Source: an uncultured delta proteobacterium (GTDB taxonomy: Bacteria; Desulfobacterota; Binatia; HRBIN30; BPIQ01). Taken from it: 64,000 nt of DNA. Positions within the stretch are counted from its first letter, which is position 1. Each line of letters begins with the position of its first letter. The translations under genes were made by a program, and so were the position numbers. The notes under the pieces were generated by a model. That model did no database searches. It saw only the letters and a list, made by a program, of their open reading frames with translations, and was not told the DNA's origin. Of the stretch, positions 1 through 8,774 are shown one piece after another. The stretch lies in NCBI GenBank assembly GCA_963761335.1, contig CAVXGR010000021.1, positions 128,001 through 192,000 of the forward strand, given 5' to 3'.

Positions 1-62
1 ACCGCGACCAGCTCGAGGTGATGCAGAGCCTCCGCCGCCGCTGACGCCCTTGAGAGCGCGGC

Positions 63-137
63 CGGGGACAGGCAACTTTTGCGGCCGAATCCGCAGCGGC
101 CCGGCGATCCTCGAGCCGCAAAAGTAGCCTGTCCCCG
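63..137. repeat. GGGGACAGGC-family inverted repeat (REP-like hairpin, possible bidirectional terminator)
   Basis: cggggacaggcaacttttgcggc (63-85) is the reverse complement of gccgcaaaagtagcctgtccccg (115-137) with 1 mismatch; lies directly beyond the P450 stop. Confidence 0.8.
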
Positions 138-138
138 T

Positions 139-1308
139 TCACTCCCCCGGCGCGAAGGTCACCGGCAGCCGGTCGGGAGAGCGAAAGGCCATGCCGACGA
201 TCTGCGACTCCTGCGACTCGTCGAGGCGCAGGTCGCGCAGCCGATCGAGAAGGATGTTGACGGCGATGCGGGCCTCCATGCGCGCCAGGTGCGAGCCGGC
301 GCAGAAGTGCTGCCCGAAGCCGAAGGCGACGTGGTCGGCGGCGCGCCGGTTCATGTCGAAGCGGTCGGGGTCCGCGTACTTGCGCTCGTCGCGGTTGGCC
401 GAGCCGAGGGCGCAGGAGATCATCGCGCCCTCGGGAATGTCGACGCCGGCGACGGTGATCGGCCGCGCCGCCTCGCGCGAGACGTACTGCACCGGCGATT
501 CCCAGCGCAGCGTCTCTTCGATGATGAGGTCGAGCTTGGCGCGGTCGGCGAGCACCTGCTCGAGCTGCTGGCGATGTGTCAGCATCGCGAAGAGCATGCT
601 GCCGATCAACCGGTAGGTGGTCTCGGCGCCGGCCGGGAGGAGGAGGCGAATGAAGCCGAGGATCTCCTCCTCGGTGAGCTTCTGCCCGTCGACCTCGGCG
701 GTCAAAAGCGTCGTCAGCAGATCGTCGCGCGGCTCGGCGCGGCGTTCCGCGAGCACCGGCTGCAGATACTCGACCACCTTCCGCGACGCCTCCAGGCCGC
801 GCGGTGGGTTGTCGCCGACGCCGACGATGTCCAGCGCCCAGCGGTGGAACATCTCGTAGTCCTCCACCGGAACCCCGATGATGTGGGTGATCACCTGCAT
901 GGGGAAGGTGAAGGTGAACTGCGAGACGAGGTCGGCGCGCCCATCGGCGATGAAGCTGTCGATCAGTCCGTTGGCGATCCCGGAGATCACCGGCGGCATC
1001 GTCTCGAGGCCGCGCGGCAGGAAGGCCGGAGAGATGATGTTGCGATGGCGGATGTGCTCCTTGCCGTCCATCTCCAGGATCGTGCGCCCCATCACCAGGC
1101 CGATGCCGCGGGCATTGGCGCGCGAGGAGAAGATGGAGTTCGCCTTGAGAATGCCGAGGACGTCCTCGTACCGGGTCGCCATGAAGACCCGGCCCATGAT
1201 CGAGTCGAGGAGGATGACCGGCTCCTCGTCCCGCAAGCGCTTGTACTGCAGGTACGGGTTTGGCACCGGGCTCATCATGGTGCCGCCGAAGATCTCGATC
1301 ATGTTCAT
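139..1308 (-). CDS. Cytochrome P450
   Basis: AGAETT I-helix, EETLR (ExxR), FGFGQHFCAG heme-binding motif; start placed at MNMIEIF. Confidence 0.95.
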   Translation of the reverse strand: MNMIEIFGGTMMSPVPNPYLQYKRLRDEEPVILLDSIMGRVFMATRYEDVLGILKANSIFSSRANARGIGLVMGRTILEMDGKEHIRHRNIISPAFLPRGLETMPPVISGIANGLIDSFIADGRADLVSQFTFTFPMQVITHIIGVPVEDYEMFHRWALDIVGVGDNPPRGLEASRKVVEYLQPVLAERRAEPRDDLLTTLLTAEVDGQKLTEEEILGFIRLLLPAGAETTYRLIGSMLFAMLTHRQQLEQVLADRAKLDLIIEETLRWESPVQYVSREAARPITVAGVDIPEGAMISCALGSANRDERKYADPDRFDMNRRAADHVAFGFGQHFCAGSHLARMEARIAVNILLDRLRDLRLDESQESQIVGMAFRSPDRLPVTFAPGE

Positions 1309-1438
1309 GGCGGGCGTCTCGCCTCCAACGCAGTGGTTTGCCCGCCAGTCGTCCCCCGCCGACGGCCGATTGTCAAGCGATTGATTGAATTCAGGGGCGC
1401 GTCGCGTGCCCCCGCTCGCGATCTCGCGGGGCGTTTCA

Positions 1439-1558
1439 GAGGCTGCCTCAAGAGCTGGGCAAAACGATTCCGCCGGCCCGCGGGCCAAGTAGAAGCGGCG
1501 TCTCGCCGCTTCGGAAAGCGCCGGGACGGCGCTTCTACTTCAGTTTTGAGGCAACCTC
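1439..1558. mobile_element. 120-bp MITE-like element with internal GTAG-REP doublet (copy 1)
   Basis: TIRs gaggctgcctcaa / ttgaggcaacctc; inverted same-length copy at 55156-55275. Confidence 0.8.
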
Positions 1559-1573
1559 GTAAGGACGGTGTTC

Positions 1574-2191
1574 TCAACCCAGCGCCGCGATCACCGCTTC
1601 CGCCGTGGTCACCGTGGAGATGAGCGGCAGGATGTTGCCCACCGAGAACTGATGCCACTCGTCCGGGTAGCTGGCACAGCAGTCCTCCATCACCACGACG
1701 TCGAAGTTGCGGTTCACCGAGGCGCGCACCACTCCCTCAACGGCCAGGTTGGTGGAGACTCCGGACATGATCATCGTCGAGCGCCCGAGCTGGCGCAGCA
1801 CCGGATAGAGCTGCGTGCCGTAGGAGCCGTCGACGGCGACGGTGCGCTCGAGGACGAAGTCCTCGGGGCGCGGCGCCAGGGCCTCGTGGACCTGTACCCC
1901 CCAGGTGCCCTCGACCAGCGTCGGGTGGCGCTGCGCGCGCCGGTGCAGGACGGTGTTGGGGCGCGGAAAGCCGGGCTTGAGAGCGAAGTTGATGTAGAGG
2001 ATCGGCACCTGCCGGACGCGCGCCGCATCCATCACCTGCCGCAGCCGTGGGATCACGCCGCGCCGCTGCACCGCCTCGGCGAGCACGCCGCCGATGCCGC
2101 GCTTGCCGATGTTCGACTCGTGCACGATGTCGTTCTGCATCTCGACGATGCAGAGCGCGGCGCGCCCCGGGTCGAGGGAGAGATCGCTCAC
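1574..2191 (-). CDS. Isochorismatase/cysteine-hydrolase family protein
   Basis: IVEMQND, EGTWG, GVSTNLAVEG, VMEDCCAS motifs; GTG start overlaps the upstream stop (GTGA). Confidence 0.9.
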   Translation of the reverse strand: MSDLSLDPGRAALCIVEMQNDIVHESNIGKRGIGGVLAEAVQRRGVIPRLRQVMDAARVRQVPILYINFALKPGFPRPNTVLHRRAQRHPTLVEGTWGVQVHEALAPRPEDFVLERTVAVDGSYGTQLYPVLRQLGRSTMIMSGVSTNLAVEGVVRASVNRNFDVVVMEDCCASYPDEWHQFSVGNILPLISTVTTAEAVIAALG

Positions 2192-3411
2192 TTGAAAAGA
2201 CCCTCCGCTTGGAGCGCCTCGTACTCCGCCGCCGGCATGCCGAGAAGCTGGCGCATGACGTACTCGGTGTGCTCTCCGAGACGCGGCGCCGGCATGCGGA
2301 TCTCCTCCGGAGTCTCCGAGAAACGCATGGCGTTCGCCTCGCACAGATGCCGACCGATCACCGGATGCTCGACCTCGCGGAAGTGGCGGCGATGGGCGAG
2401 CTGCGGATCGCGCACCAGATCCTCGAAGTTGCTGACCATGCCCGCCTCGACACCCGCCTCCTGCAGCGCCGCCATCACCTCGGCGGCGCGATGCCGGCGG
2501 GTCCATTCCTCCACCCGCGTTTCCAGCTCGGTGGCGTTTTCCTGCCGCCCGGCGGTGGTGGCGAAGCGCGGATCCGCGGCCCAGCCGGGATCGCCGATGG
2601 CGCCGCGGAAGCGTTGCCAGTCCTCGTCGTCGTGCACCGCGATCGCCACCCAGCGGTCGTCGTCTTCGCCCTCGGCGGCGCAGCGGAAGGCTCCGTGTGG
2701 GGCCGCGTGGCGCGAGCGATTGCCGATGCGGCCGAGCGCCTCGCCGGTGGCGGTGGTGGTGAGGATGCTCTCGCTGAGACAGACGACGCCGCCCTCGACC
2801 TGCGAGAGATCGATGTACTGCCCCTCGCCGGTGCGCCGCCGGTGGATGAGCGCCGAGGCGACCAGCAGTGCGACCAGGCGCGGTGACAGCGAGTCGGTGA
2901 TGGTGCCGTACGGCCCCAGCGGCTCGCGGTCGGGCCAGCCGGTGAGGTGATTGAACCCCGAGATCGCCGAGCCCTGACCGCCGAAGCCGGGATAGTCGCG
3001 GTCGGGGCCGGTCTGCCCGTTGAGGCAGGTGCTGATCATGATCAGGTCGGGCTTGAGGGCGCGCAGCGACTCGTAGTCGAGCTTCCACTTCGCCATCGCC
3101 TTGGGAGCGAAGTTCTCGGCGACCACGTCCGCCCACTGCGCCAGGCGGCGGGCCAGCGGCGGCCCCTGCGGGTGGCTCATGTCGAGGGCGATGCCGTGCT
3201 TGTTGCAGTTCACCATGGCGAACATGTGGCTGGCGTCGAGGCCGCCCTCGGTCCCCGGGGTGTAGCGCAGCAGGCGGATGAAGTCGGGACGCTTGCGCGA
3301 CTCGACGCGCACCACGTTGGCGCCGTGGTCGGCGAAGTAGCGCGTGCCGAAGGGGCCGGCGGCGCCGCCGCCGAACTCGAGCACCTTGATCCCCGCGAAG
3401 AGCCGCGCCAT
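2188..3411 (-). CDS. Family III CoA-transferase (CaiB/BaiF, BbsF-like)
   Basis: GIKVLEF, ADVVAENF, GEGQYIDLS, APRLGEHT; catalytic-position Asp in GTITD. Confidence 0.93.
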   Translation of the reverse strand: MARLFAGIKVLEFGGGAAGPFGTRYFADHGANVVRVESRKRPDFIRLLRYTPGTEGGLDASHMFAMVNCNKHGIALDMSHPQGPPLARRLAQWADVVAENFAPKAMAKWKLDYESLRALKPDLIMISTCLNGQTGPDRDYPGFGGQGSAISGFNHLTGWPDREPLGPYGTITDSLSPRLVALLVASALIHRRRTGEGQYIDLSQVEGGVVCLSESILTTTATGEALGRIGNRSRHAAPHGAFRCAAEGEDDDRWVAIAVHDDEDWQRFRGAIGDPGWAADPRFATTAGRQENATELETRVEEWTRRHRAAEVMAALQEAGVEAGMVSNFEDLVRDPQLAHRRHFREVEHPVIGRHLCEANAMRFSETPEEIRMPAPRLGEHTEYVMRQLLGMPAAEYEALQAEGLFK

Positions 3412-4661
3412 CAGATCACGCCCTCCGCTTCGAGACGCCGGCGGGCGCCGGTATCGATGCCGAGCGCCTCATAGATCTCGGCGTTGTGCTCGCCGAGGCG
3501 CGGGGCGGGCCGGCGGATGCCGACCGGGCCGCGGCTGGTGCGCGCCAGCGCCGCGGGATACCGCAGGCGCACGCTCTTCTCGGGGCCCTCGACCTCGGCG
3601 AAGAACTCGCGCGAGGCGAGCTGCCGCGATTCGAGGATCTCGCGCGCCGTGTTCGCCGGCGCCAGCATGAGCTTGCGCTCGCAGGCGACGGCAAAGAGCT
3701 CCCGCATCGTCCTGGCGCGAAAGAAGGCGCCGAGGGCGCTCTCGATCTCGTCGACCTCCGGCTGGGTGACGGTGTTGTGGTTGTACGCCGTCCAGTCGCG
3801 CTCCTTCAGCGCCGCCGGAGCCATGCCGCTCTCGTCCATGTACTGCACCAGCGCGATGATCCCGGGAATGCGCGCCGGACCGCCGCGCAGGGCGAAGGAC
3901 ACATAGCCGTCGCGGCAGGGCCACAGCTCGCGGAACACAGCGCGGTTGCCGCGGAAGCTGCCGCCGATGCGCCCTCCTTTGAACCCGGTGAGCGGGAACT
4001 GCGCCGGCACGGTCATGTTGGGCATGGTCATCGCCTCCTGGAGCGAGACGTCGACGTGCTGGCCAATGCCACTGATCTCGCGGCCCCAGAGCGCGAAGGT
4101 GACGGCGACCGCCGCCTCGATGCCGCCGTGGTAGTAAGCGACCGGCAGCGAGCAGCGCACCGGGGCGCGGTCGGGATTGCCGGTCGGGTACATGTTGCCC
4201 CCGAGCGCCACGGCGGTGAGATCGGAGCCGCGGTAGGAGGCGTACGGACCGCTCAATCCGAAGGGCGTGATGGTGCAGAGGACGATGTCCGCCTTGACCG
4301 CCTTCAGCGACTGGTAGCCGAGGCCGCGGCTCTCGAGCGTCTCGCCGGCCGAGGGTGCCGACTCGATCACCGCGTCGGCGCTGCGGCACAGGTCGAGAAA
4401 GATCTCGCGGCCGCGCTGCTGCTCGAGATCGAGGGTCACGCCGCGCTTGCTGGTGTTGAGCGCCAGCCACAGAACCGAGCTCTCGCGCGCCGCGACGCCG
4501 GCAACCAACGGCTCGCGCCGCCGCGCCGCATCGCCCCCCGGCGGCTCGACCTTGACGACGTCGGCACCGAGGTCGCCGAGCAGCTTTCCGGCGAAGAATC
4601 CCGCCTCGCGCGTCAGATCGAGGATCCGAAAGCCCTCGAGGTTGCCGCCGGCCGCCTGCAT
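3411..4661 (-). CDS. Family III CoA-transferase (BbsE-like subunit)
   Basis: LGDLGADVVKVEPPGGD, NTSKRGVTLDL, GQHVDVS, APRLGEHN; translationally coupled to the next gene. Confidence 0.92.
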   Translation of the reverse strand: MQAAGGNLEGFRILDLTREAGFFAGKLLGDLGADVVKVEPPGGDAARRREPLVAGVAARESSVLWLALNTSKRGVTLDLEQQRGREIFLDLCRSADAVIESAPSAGETLESRGLGYQSLKAVKADIVLCTITPFGLSGPYASYRGSDLTAVALGGNMYPTGNPDRAPVRCSLPVAYYHGGIEAAVAVTFALWGREISGIGQHVDVSLQEAMTMPNMTVPAQFPLTGFKGGRIGGSFRGNRAVFRELWPCRDGYVSFALRGGPARIPGIIALVQYMDESGMAPAALKERDWTAYNHNTVTQPEVDEIESALGAFFRARTMRELFAVACERKLMLAPANTAREILESRQLASREFFAEVEGPEKSVRLRYPAALARTSRGPVGIRRPAPRLGEHNAEIYEALGIDTGARRRLEAEGVI

Positions 4662-4723
4662 CGCGGGCGAGCTAACCGTGGCCCGGCGGGGGAGTCAAGG
4701 ACCGGAAGGTAAACCGGAAGGTA

Positions 4724-4948
4724 AACCGCAGAGCCGCAGAGGGCGCAGAGAGGGGCCGCCAAGGCGCCGAGGACGCCAAGAGAAGATCGCCGAGGAGAAA
4801 AGGGGCCGGGCCGCTCCGCTCGACTGTGCCGAGATTCGCTGTCCGCCACTGACCGGAGTGGCCCAGCCCCTTTTCCTCTTGGCGTCCTTTCTTTGCGTCT
4901 TGGCGTCTTTGCGGTTCTCTTCTCTGCGCCCTCTGCGGCTCTGCGGTT
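4724..4948. repeat. Long nested inverted repeat (CGCAGAG-type REP-like element)
   Basis: Perfect 28-bp arms aaccgcagagccgcagagggcgcagaga (4724-4751) / 4921-4948, plus inner arms aaaaggggccgggcc / ggcccagcccctttt. Confidence 0.85.
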
Positions 4949-4971
4949 CACCCCTCGGGCCCCGCCCCCCC

Positions 4972-5001
4972 TTGACCACCCGGATTAACATCTGTTAACC
5001 C
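4972..5001 (+). promoter_or_regulatory. Putative sigma70 promoter overlapping palindrome TTAACA-tc-TGTTAA
   Basis: TTGACC at 4972, -10-like TAACCC at 4996, dyad at 4985-4998, ATG 6 nt downstream. Confidence 0.5.
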
Positions 5002-5007
5002 CGCCGC

Positions 5008-6288
5008 ATGTCTGCATCCTGGCCGCCTTCGAGCGCGGACTTTGAGCGCCTGCGCCAGACGCTCGCCTGGGTCGGCGAGCGCTCGCCGTACTACCGGCGG
5101 CTGTGGGAGGCGGCGGGGGTGCGGCCGGCGGAGATCGTCGACTACGGCGCCTTCCGGAAACGCGTGCCGCGCACGGCGAAGGCGGATCTGGTGACCAACC
5201 AGCGGGAGCATCCGCCCTTCGGCGAGTTTCTCGCCGTGCCGCCCCAGCAGTTCGGGTCGCTGCACACCTCCCCGGGGCCGATCTTCATCCCGCGCCTCGC
5301 CGAGGAGCGCGGCGGCACGCCGGTGCTGGCGGAGGCGATCAAGGCGATGGGCGTGCGCCGCGGCGAGGTGGCGCACGTGACCCTCTCCTACCACATCATG
5401 CCGGGCGGCATGCGCCTGCACCGCGCCTTCGAGGAGGCCGGCTGCCTGGTGATCAACGGCGGCACCGGGGCGAGCCGCCTGCAGGTGGAGGTGGCGCGCG
5501 CCTGGGGCGCGTCGGTGTATGCGGGCACGCCGAGCTTCCTCGGCAACCTCGGCGACACGGCGCGCGAGATGGGTCTCGACCCGCGCCGCGATCTGCACTA
5601 CCGCGTCGGCTTCTCGACGGCGGAGGCGCTGACGCCGGCCCTGCGGCGCGATCTCCATGAGACCTTCGGCATCGAGCTCTTCGACCACTGCGGCGAGGCG
5701 CAGATCGGGCCGCTCGCCGGCGAGTGCCGCGTCCACGAGGGCATGCACCTCCACGCCCGCGATCTCTTCTGCGAGTTCCTCGATCCTGAGAGCGGTGAGC
5801 CGGTCGAGCCGGGCGGCACCGGCGAGATCGTCGCCACCCAGCTCGGGCCGCGCGCCTTGCCGCTGGTTCGCTATGCCCCGGGCGACGTCTTCCGCCTGCT
5901 CCCCGGCAGCTGCCCGTGCGGCGATCCGTCGCTGCGCGTCGTCTTCGTCGGCCAGGTCGGCGCCATTCGCAAGATCAAGGGCGTGCTCGTGCATCCGGCG
6001 CAGGTGCACAAGGTGACCAGCCGCTTCCCCGAGATCGGGCGCTTCCAGATCGTCGTCGAGCACCCGCCGGGTGAGCGCTACGACCGCGCCACTTTGCGCG
6101 CCGGCCTGGTGCGCGAGCTCGCCGACCCAGACGACGCGGCGCGCCTCGAGCGCGAGCTGGCGGCGCAGCTCAAGGCAACGGTGCTGATCCAGATGGAGAT
6201 CGAGCTGGTGCCCGAGAACGACATCCCCGAAGCCGCCGGCCCGCCGCGCTTCGCCGAGGCGATGGTCGATCTGCGCCACCAGGTGTGA
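5008..6288 (+). CDS. Phenylacetate-CoA ligase (PaaK)-like protein, SPGP variant
   Basis: RSPYYRRLW, HPPFG, GTPSFL, LPLVRY-GD, KIKGVLVHP; P-loop replaced by HTSPGP. Confidence 0.88.
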   Translation: MSASWPPSSADFERLRQTLAWVGERSPYYRRLWEAAGVRPAEIVDYGAFRKRVPRTAKADLVTNQREHPPFGEFLAVPPQQFGSLHTSPGPIFIPRLAEERGGTPVLAEAIKAMGVRRGEVAHVTLSYHIMPGGMRLHRAFEEAGCLVINGGTGASRLQVEVARAWGASVYAGTPSFLGNLGDTAREMGLDPRRDLHYRVGFSTAEALTPALRRDLHETFGIELFDHCGEAQIGPLAGECRVHEGMHLHARDLFCEFLDPESGEPVEPGGTGEIVATQLGPRALPLVRYAPGDVFRLLPGSCPCGDPSLRVVFVGQVGAIRKIKGVLVHPAQVHKVTSRFPEIGRFQIVVEHPPGERYDRATLRAGLVRELADPDDAARLERELAAQLKATVLIQMEIELVPENDIPEAAGPPRFAEAMVDLRHQV

Positions 6289-6366
6289 TGCACCTTCCGA
6301 ACGAGGGTTCCCTCTCCCGCATTGCCCGCGGGAGAGGGCCAGGGGCCGCGAAAAGAGACGCAAGAT

Positions 6367-7662
6367 ATGACTGAGTCCCGCCCCGGCGCCGCCGATCGCC
6401 GCTACTACGATCCCGAGATCCAGACGATGCCGATGGAGAAGCTGCGCGCGCTGCAGGCGCAGCGGCTCGGGCGGCAGCTCGACCGCATCTGGTCGCAGCC
6501 GGTGCCCTTCTTCCGCCGCAAGCTCGAGGCGGCGGGGCTGGGCCGCGGCGATCTTCGCGGCATCGAGGACCTACGCCGCATCCCGACGACGCTGAAGGCG
6601 GAGCTGCGGCAGAGCGAGGAGGAGCACCCGCCGTTCGGCGACTACCGCGGTGCGCCGCTGCGCGACTGCGTCCGCCTGGGCGCCTCGACCGGCACCAGCG
6701 GCAAGCCGACGCTGATCCTGTGGACGCGCAAGGATCTCGCCGTCGACTACGCCGCCTCGTTCCGCGGCCGCTGGCGCTGGGGGCTGCGCCCGGGCATGAG
6801 CCTGGCGAACGCCCACCCCTTCGGGCAGAACGCCGGCGGCTGGCACTTCAGCCACGGCATCGAGGGGCTCGGCTGCCTCAACATTCCCTCCGGCCCGCCG
6901 GTCGGCGAGCAGCACGTGCGCGACGTGGTCGAGTTGTGGCGCCGGCTGCGGCCGGACATGTACCGCCTCTTCGGCAACGTCGCCACCACCTACGCCGACG
7001 CGGCGCGCGTCCAGGGGCTCGACCCCGCCGGTGACCTCAATCTGACGATCGCCGGCGACGATCCGGCGCAGCAGTACCTGATGGCCAGCTCCGGGCTCGA
7101 GGCGCTGCCGCTTCTCGGCAGCGCCTGCGACCAGCGCGACGGCGCGCATCTCGCCGAGGACCTCGCCATCGTCGAGGTGATCGATCGGCACAGCGGCCGC
7201 GAGTGCGATCACGGCGAGCGCGGCAACCTGGTGGTCACGGTTCTGGAGAAGGACAACTTCCTCCTGCGCTACGACCTCGAGGACGTGGTGCGCTGGAACC
7301 TGAAGCCGTGCCCGTGCGGCGAGACACACCGGCGCCTGTTCTACGAAGGCCGCGTGCGCGACATCGTCAAGGCCGGCGAGCGTGAGGTCCTGCCCATCGA
7401 CGTGGCGCTGGTGCTCTACGATTTCCCGGAGGTGTCGCGTCCGTCGGCCGAGTACCAGATCGTGCGCCGCCCGACGTCCTCGGCGCAGCTGCACGTCCGC
7501 CTGGAGTACGATCCCTCTGCCGGTGCGGATCTCGACGGCCTGCGCCAACGCCTCGTCGAGGAGTTCCGCCGCCGCCTCGACGTCGACGCCGATCTCGAGC
7601 TGCTCCCCCGCGGCGGCCTGCCGCGATTTGCGTACAAGGCCGCCCGCGTCGTTGAGGAGTGA
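6367..7662 (+). CDS. Phenylacetate-CoA ligase (PaaK)-like protein
   Basis: ASTGTSGKP P-loop, LLRYDLED, CPCGETH, C-terminal LPRFAYKAARV. Confidence 0.9.
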   Translation: MTESRPGAADRRYYDPEIQTMPMEKLRALQAQRLGRQLDRIWSQPVPFFRRKLEAAGLGRGDLRGIEDLRRIPTTLKAELRQSEEEHPPFGDYRGAPLRDCVRLGASTGTSGKPTLILWTRKDLAVDYAASFRGRWRWGLRPGMSLANAHPFGQNAGGWHFSHGIEGLGCLNIPSGPPVGEQHVRDVVELWRRLRPDMYRLFGNVATTYADAARVQGLDPAGDLNLTIAGDDPAQQYLMASSGLEALPLLGSACDQRDGAHLAEDLAIVEVIDRHSGRECDHGERGNLVVTVLEKDNFLLRYDLEDVVRWNLKPCPCGETHRRLFYEGRVRDIVKAGEREVLPIDVALVLYDFPEVSRPSAEYQIVRRPTSSAQLHVRLEYDPSAGADLDGLRQRLVEEFRRRLDVDADLELLPRGGLPRFAYKAARVVEE

Positions 7663-7667
7663 GGCAA

Positions 7668-7750
7668 GGTGTTGAGGGGTTGAGGTGTTGGGTGTTGAGG
7701 GTGAAGACGTCGCCGGAGAAATCGTGGCGCCGCAGCGCCGTGGCGTGAGA
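7668..7750. repeat. GGTGTTG-type heptamer tract plus cgcgccgtggcgccgttgcgtgag-like module
   Basis: Degenerate 7-mer repeats; related tracts at 39938-39971, 50341-50458 and 60953-61032. Confidence 0.7.
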
Positions 7751-7807
7751 TCTCAGGGCCGGCTCGCGCAACGGCGCCACGACGCGACGTCCCGCGAGCT
7801 CGATGGT

Positions 7808-8224
7808 TCATACCCCGATGCAGGTGAAGCCGAGAGCCCGCGCGGCGGTGGCCTGCTGGACGTCGTGGGTGGCAAACACCAGCGACAGATCGCGGCGTTC
7901 TTGGAGCAGCAAGGCGGAGGCGAGATGCAGCGCGTCGAGGGTTTTGACCGCGGTCGCCATCGGCAGCGAGGCGCGGCGCAGCACGATGCGGGTCAGGCGT
8001 ATCTGCCCGACCGACGACTCGAGCGCGGTCAAGCTTTCCTGCGCCGCCGCTACGCTCTCATCATCGAGGGCGCCGTCCAGGCGCAAACGATCGATGACCC
8101 GCCGCGCCTCGACCCCGGACAGCTCGCTCGCGTACGCCCGCTCCCACGTGCCCCACTGCTTCAGCCGCGACGCCTGTCCGAGGAGCACGCGCAGCAGGAC
8201 GCTGGTGTCGAGGTACGCGATCAT
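7808..8224 (-). CDS. vapC: PIN-domain toxin (VapC family)
   Basis: YLDTSVL N-terminus, KTLDALHLASA, FATHD. Confidence 0.92.
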   Translation of the reverse strand: MIAYLDTSVLLRVLLGQASRLKQWGTWERAYASELSGVEARRVIDRLRLDGALDDESVAAAQESLTALESSVGQIRLTRIVLRRASLPMATAVKTLDALHLASALLLQERRDLSLVFATHDVQQATAARALGFTCIGV

Positions 8225-8478
8225 CGCTGATCGCGGCTCTCGCGCAACAGCTTCCCCACGTCCACCCGGCGGCGAAGTCGGAGTGGCTTGACCTTGGCGA
8301 GATCGCGCCGTGGCCGTGTCGGCTCAACGACCTGAAGATCTTCAGTCTGCTCGCCGAAGGGGACCAGCCGCGCCACCGGCGTGTGCCGATCACGAACGAC
8401 CACCGACTCGCCGCGACGCACGGCCGCGAGATATTCGCTGAGCCGGGCCTTCAGGTTGGAGACGTTCGTTTCCTTCAT
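8221..8478 (-). CDS. Phd/YefM-type antitoxin
   Basis: MKETNVSNLKARLSEYLAAVRRGESVVV...PVARLVP; ATGA overlap with the toxin. Confidence 0.92.
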   Translation of the reverse strand: MKETNVSNLKARLSEYLAAVRRGESVVVRDRHTPVARLVPFGEQTEDLQVVEPTRPRRDLAKVKPLRLRRRVDVGKLLRESRDQR

Positions 8479-8484
8479 GGTCTC

Positions 8485-8513
8485 AATCTGACCAGATGAG
8501 GTCATGATGTCAA
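8485..8513 (-). promoter_or_regulatory. Toxin-antitoxin operon promoter with operator TGACC-N6-GGTCA
   Basis: TTGACA-17 bp-CAGATT-6 nt-ATG on the minus strand; dyad at 8489-8504 in the spacer. Confidence 0.7.
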
Positions 8514-8774
8514 ATGTGGAGTGCACGGTCATCGGGCTCTGTCTAGCCAGGTCGTTCCATGCGACGCGGCGAAAGGACGGCTGCACGGTTGACCGCGAGC
8601 ATTAGCGAGTGCGGGATCGAATGGGCACAGGTGACGTGGAGCACCTCCTCCAGAAGAGCAGCTGTGCCACAGAGAGCCCGTCGCTCAGCGGACCGCGATG
8701 ATACCTTTCGGGAGTACGGCCTTGAGATGTGGGCCTATCGGCGGTCGCAGCAGAAAGCTGGTGAGAAATGCGGG

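Noticed and set aside
79..1623. 514-aa plus-strand ORF and similar overlapping ORFs throughout the track
   Set aside because: Antisense or alternate-frame shadows of genes with clear family motifs
7668..7750. CRISPR array in the heptamer or REP tracts
   Set aside because: No constant 23-47 bp repeats with regular unique spacers and no cas genes
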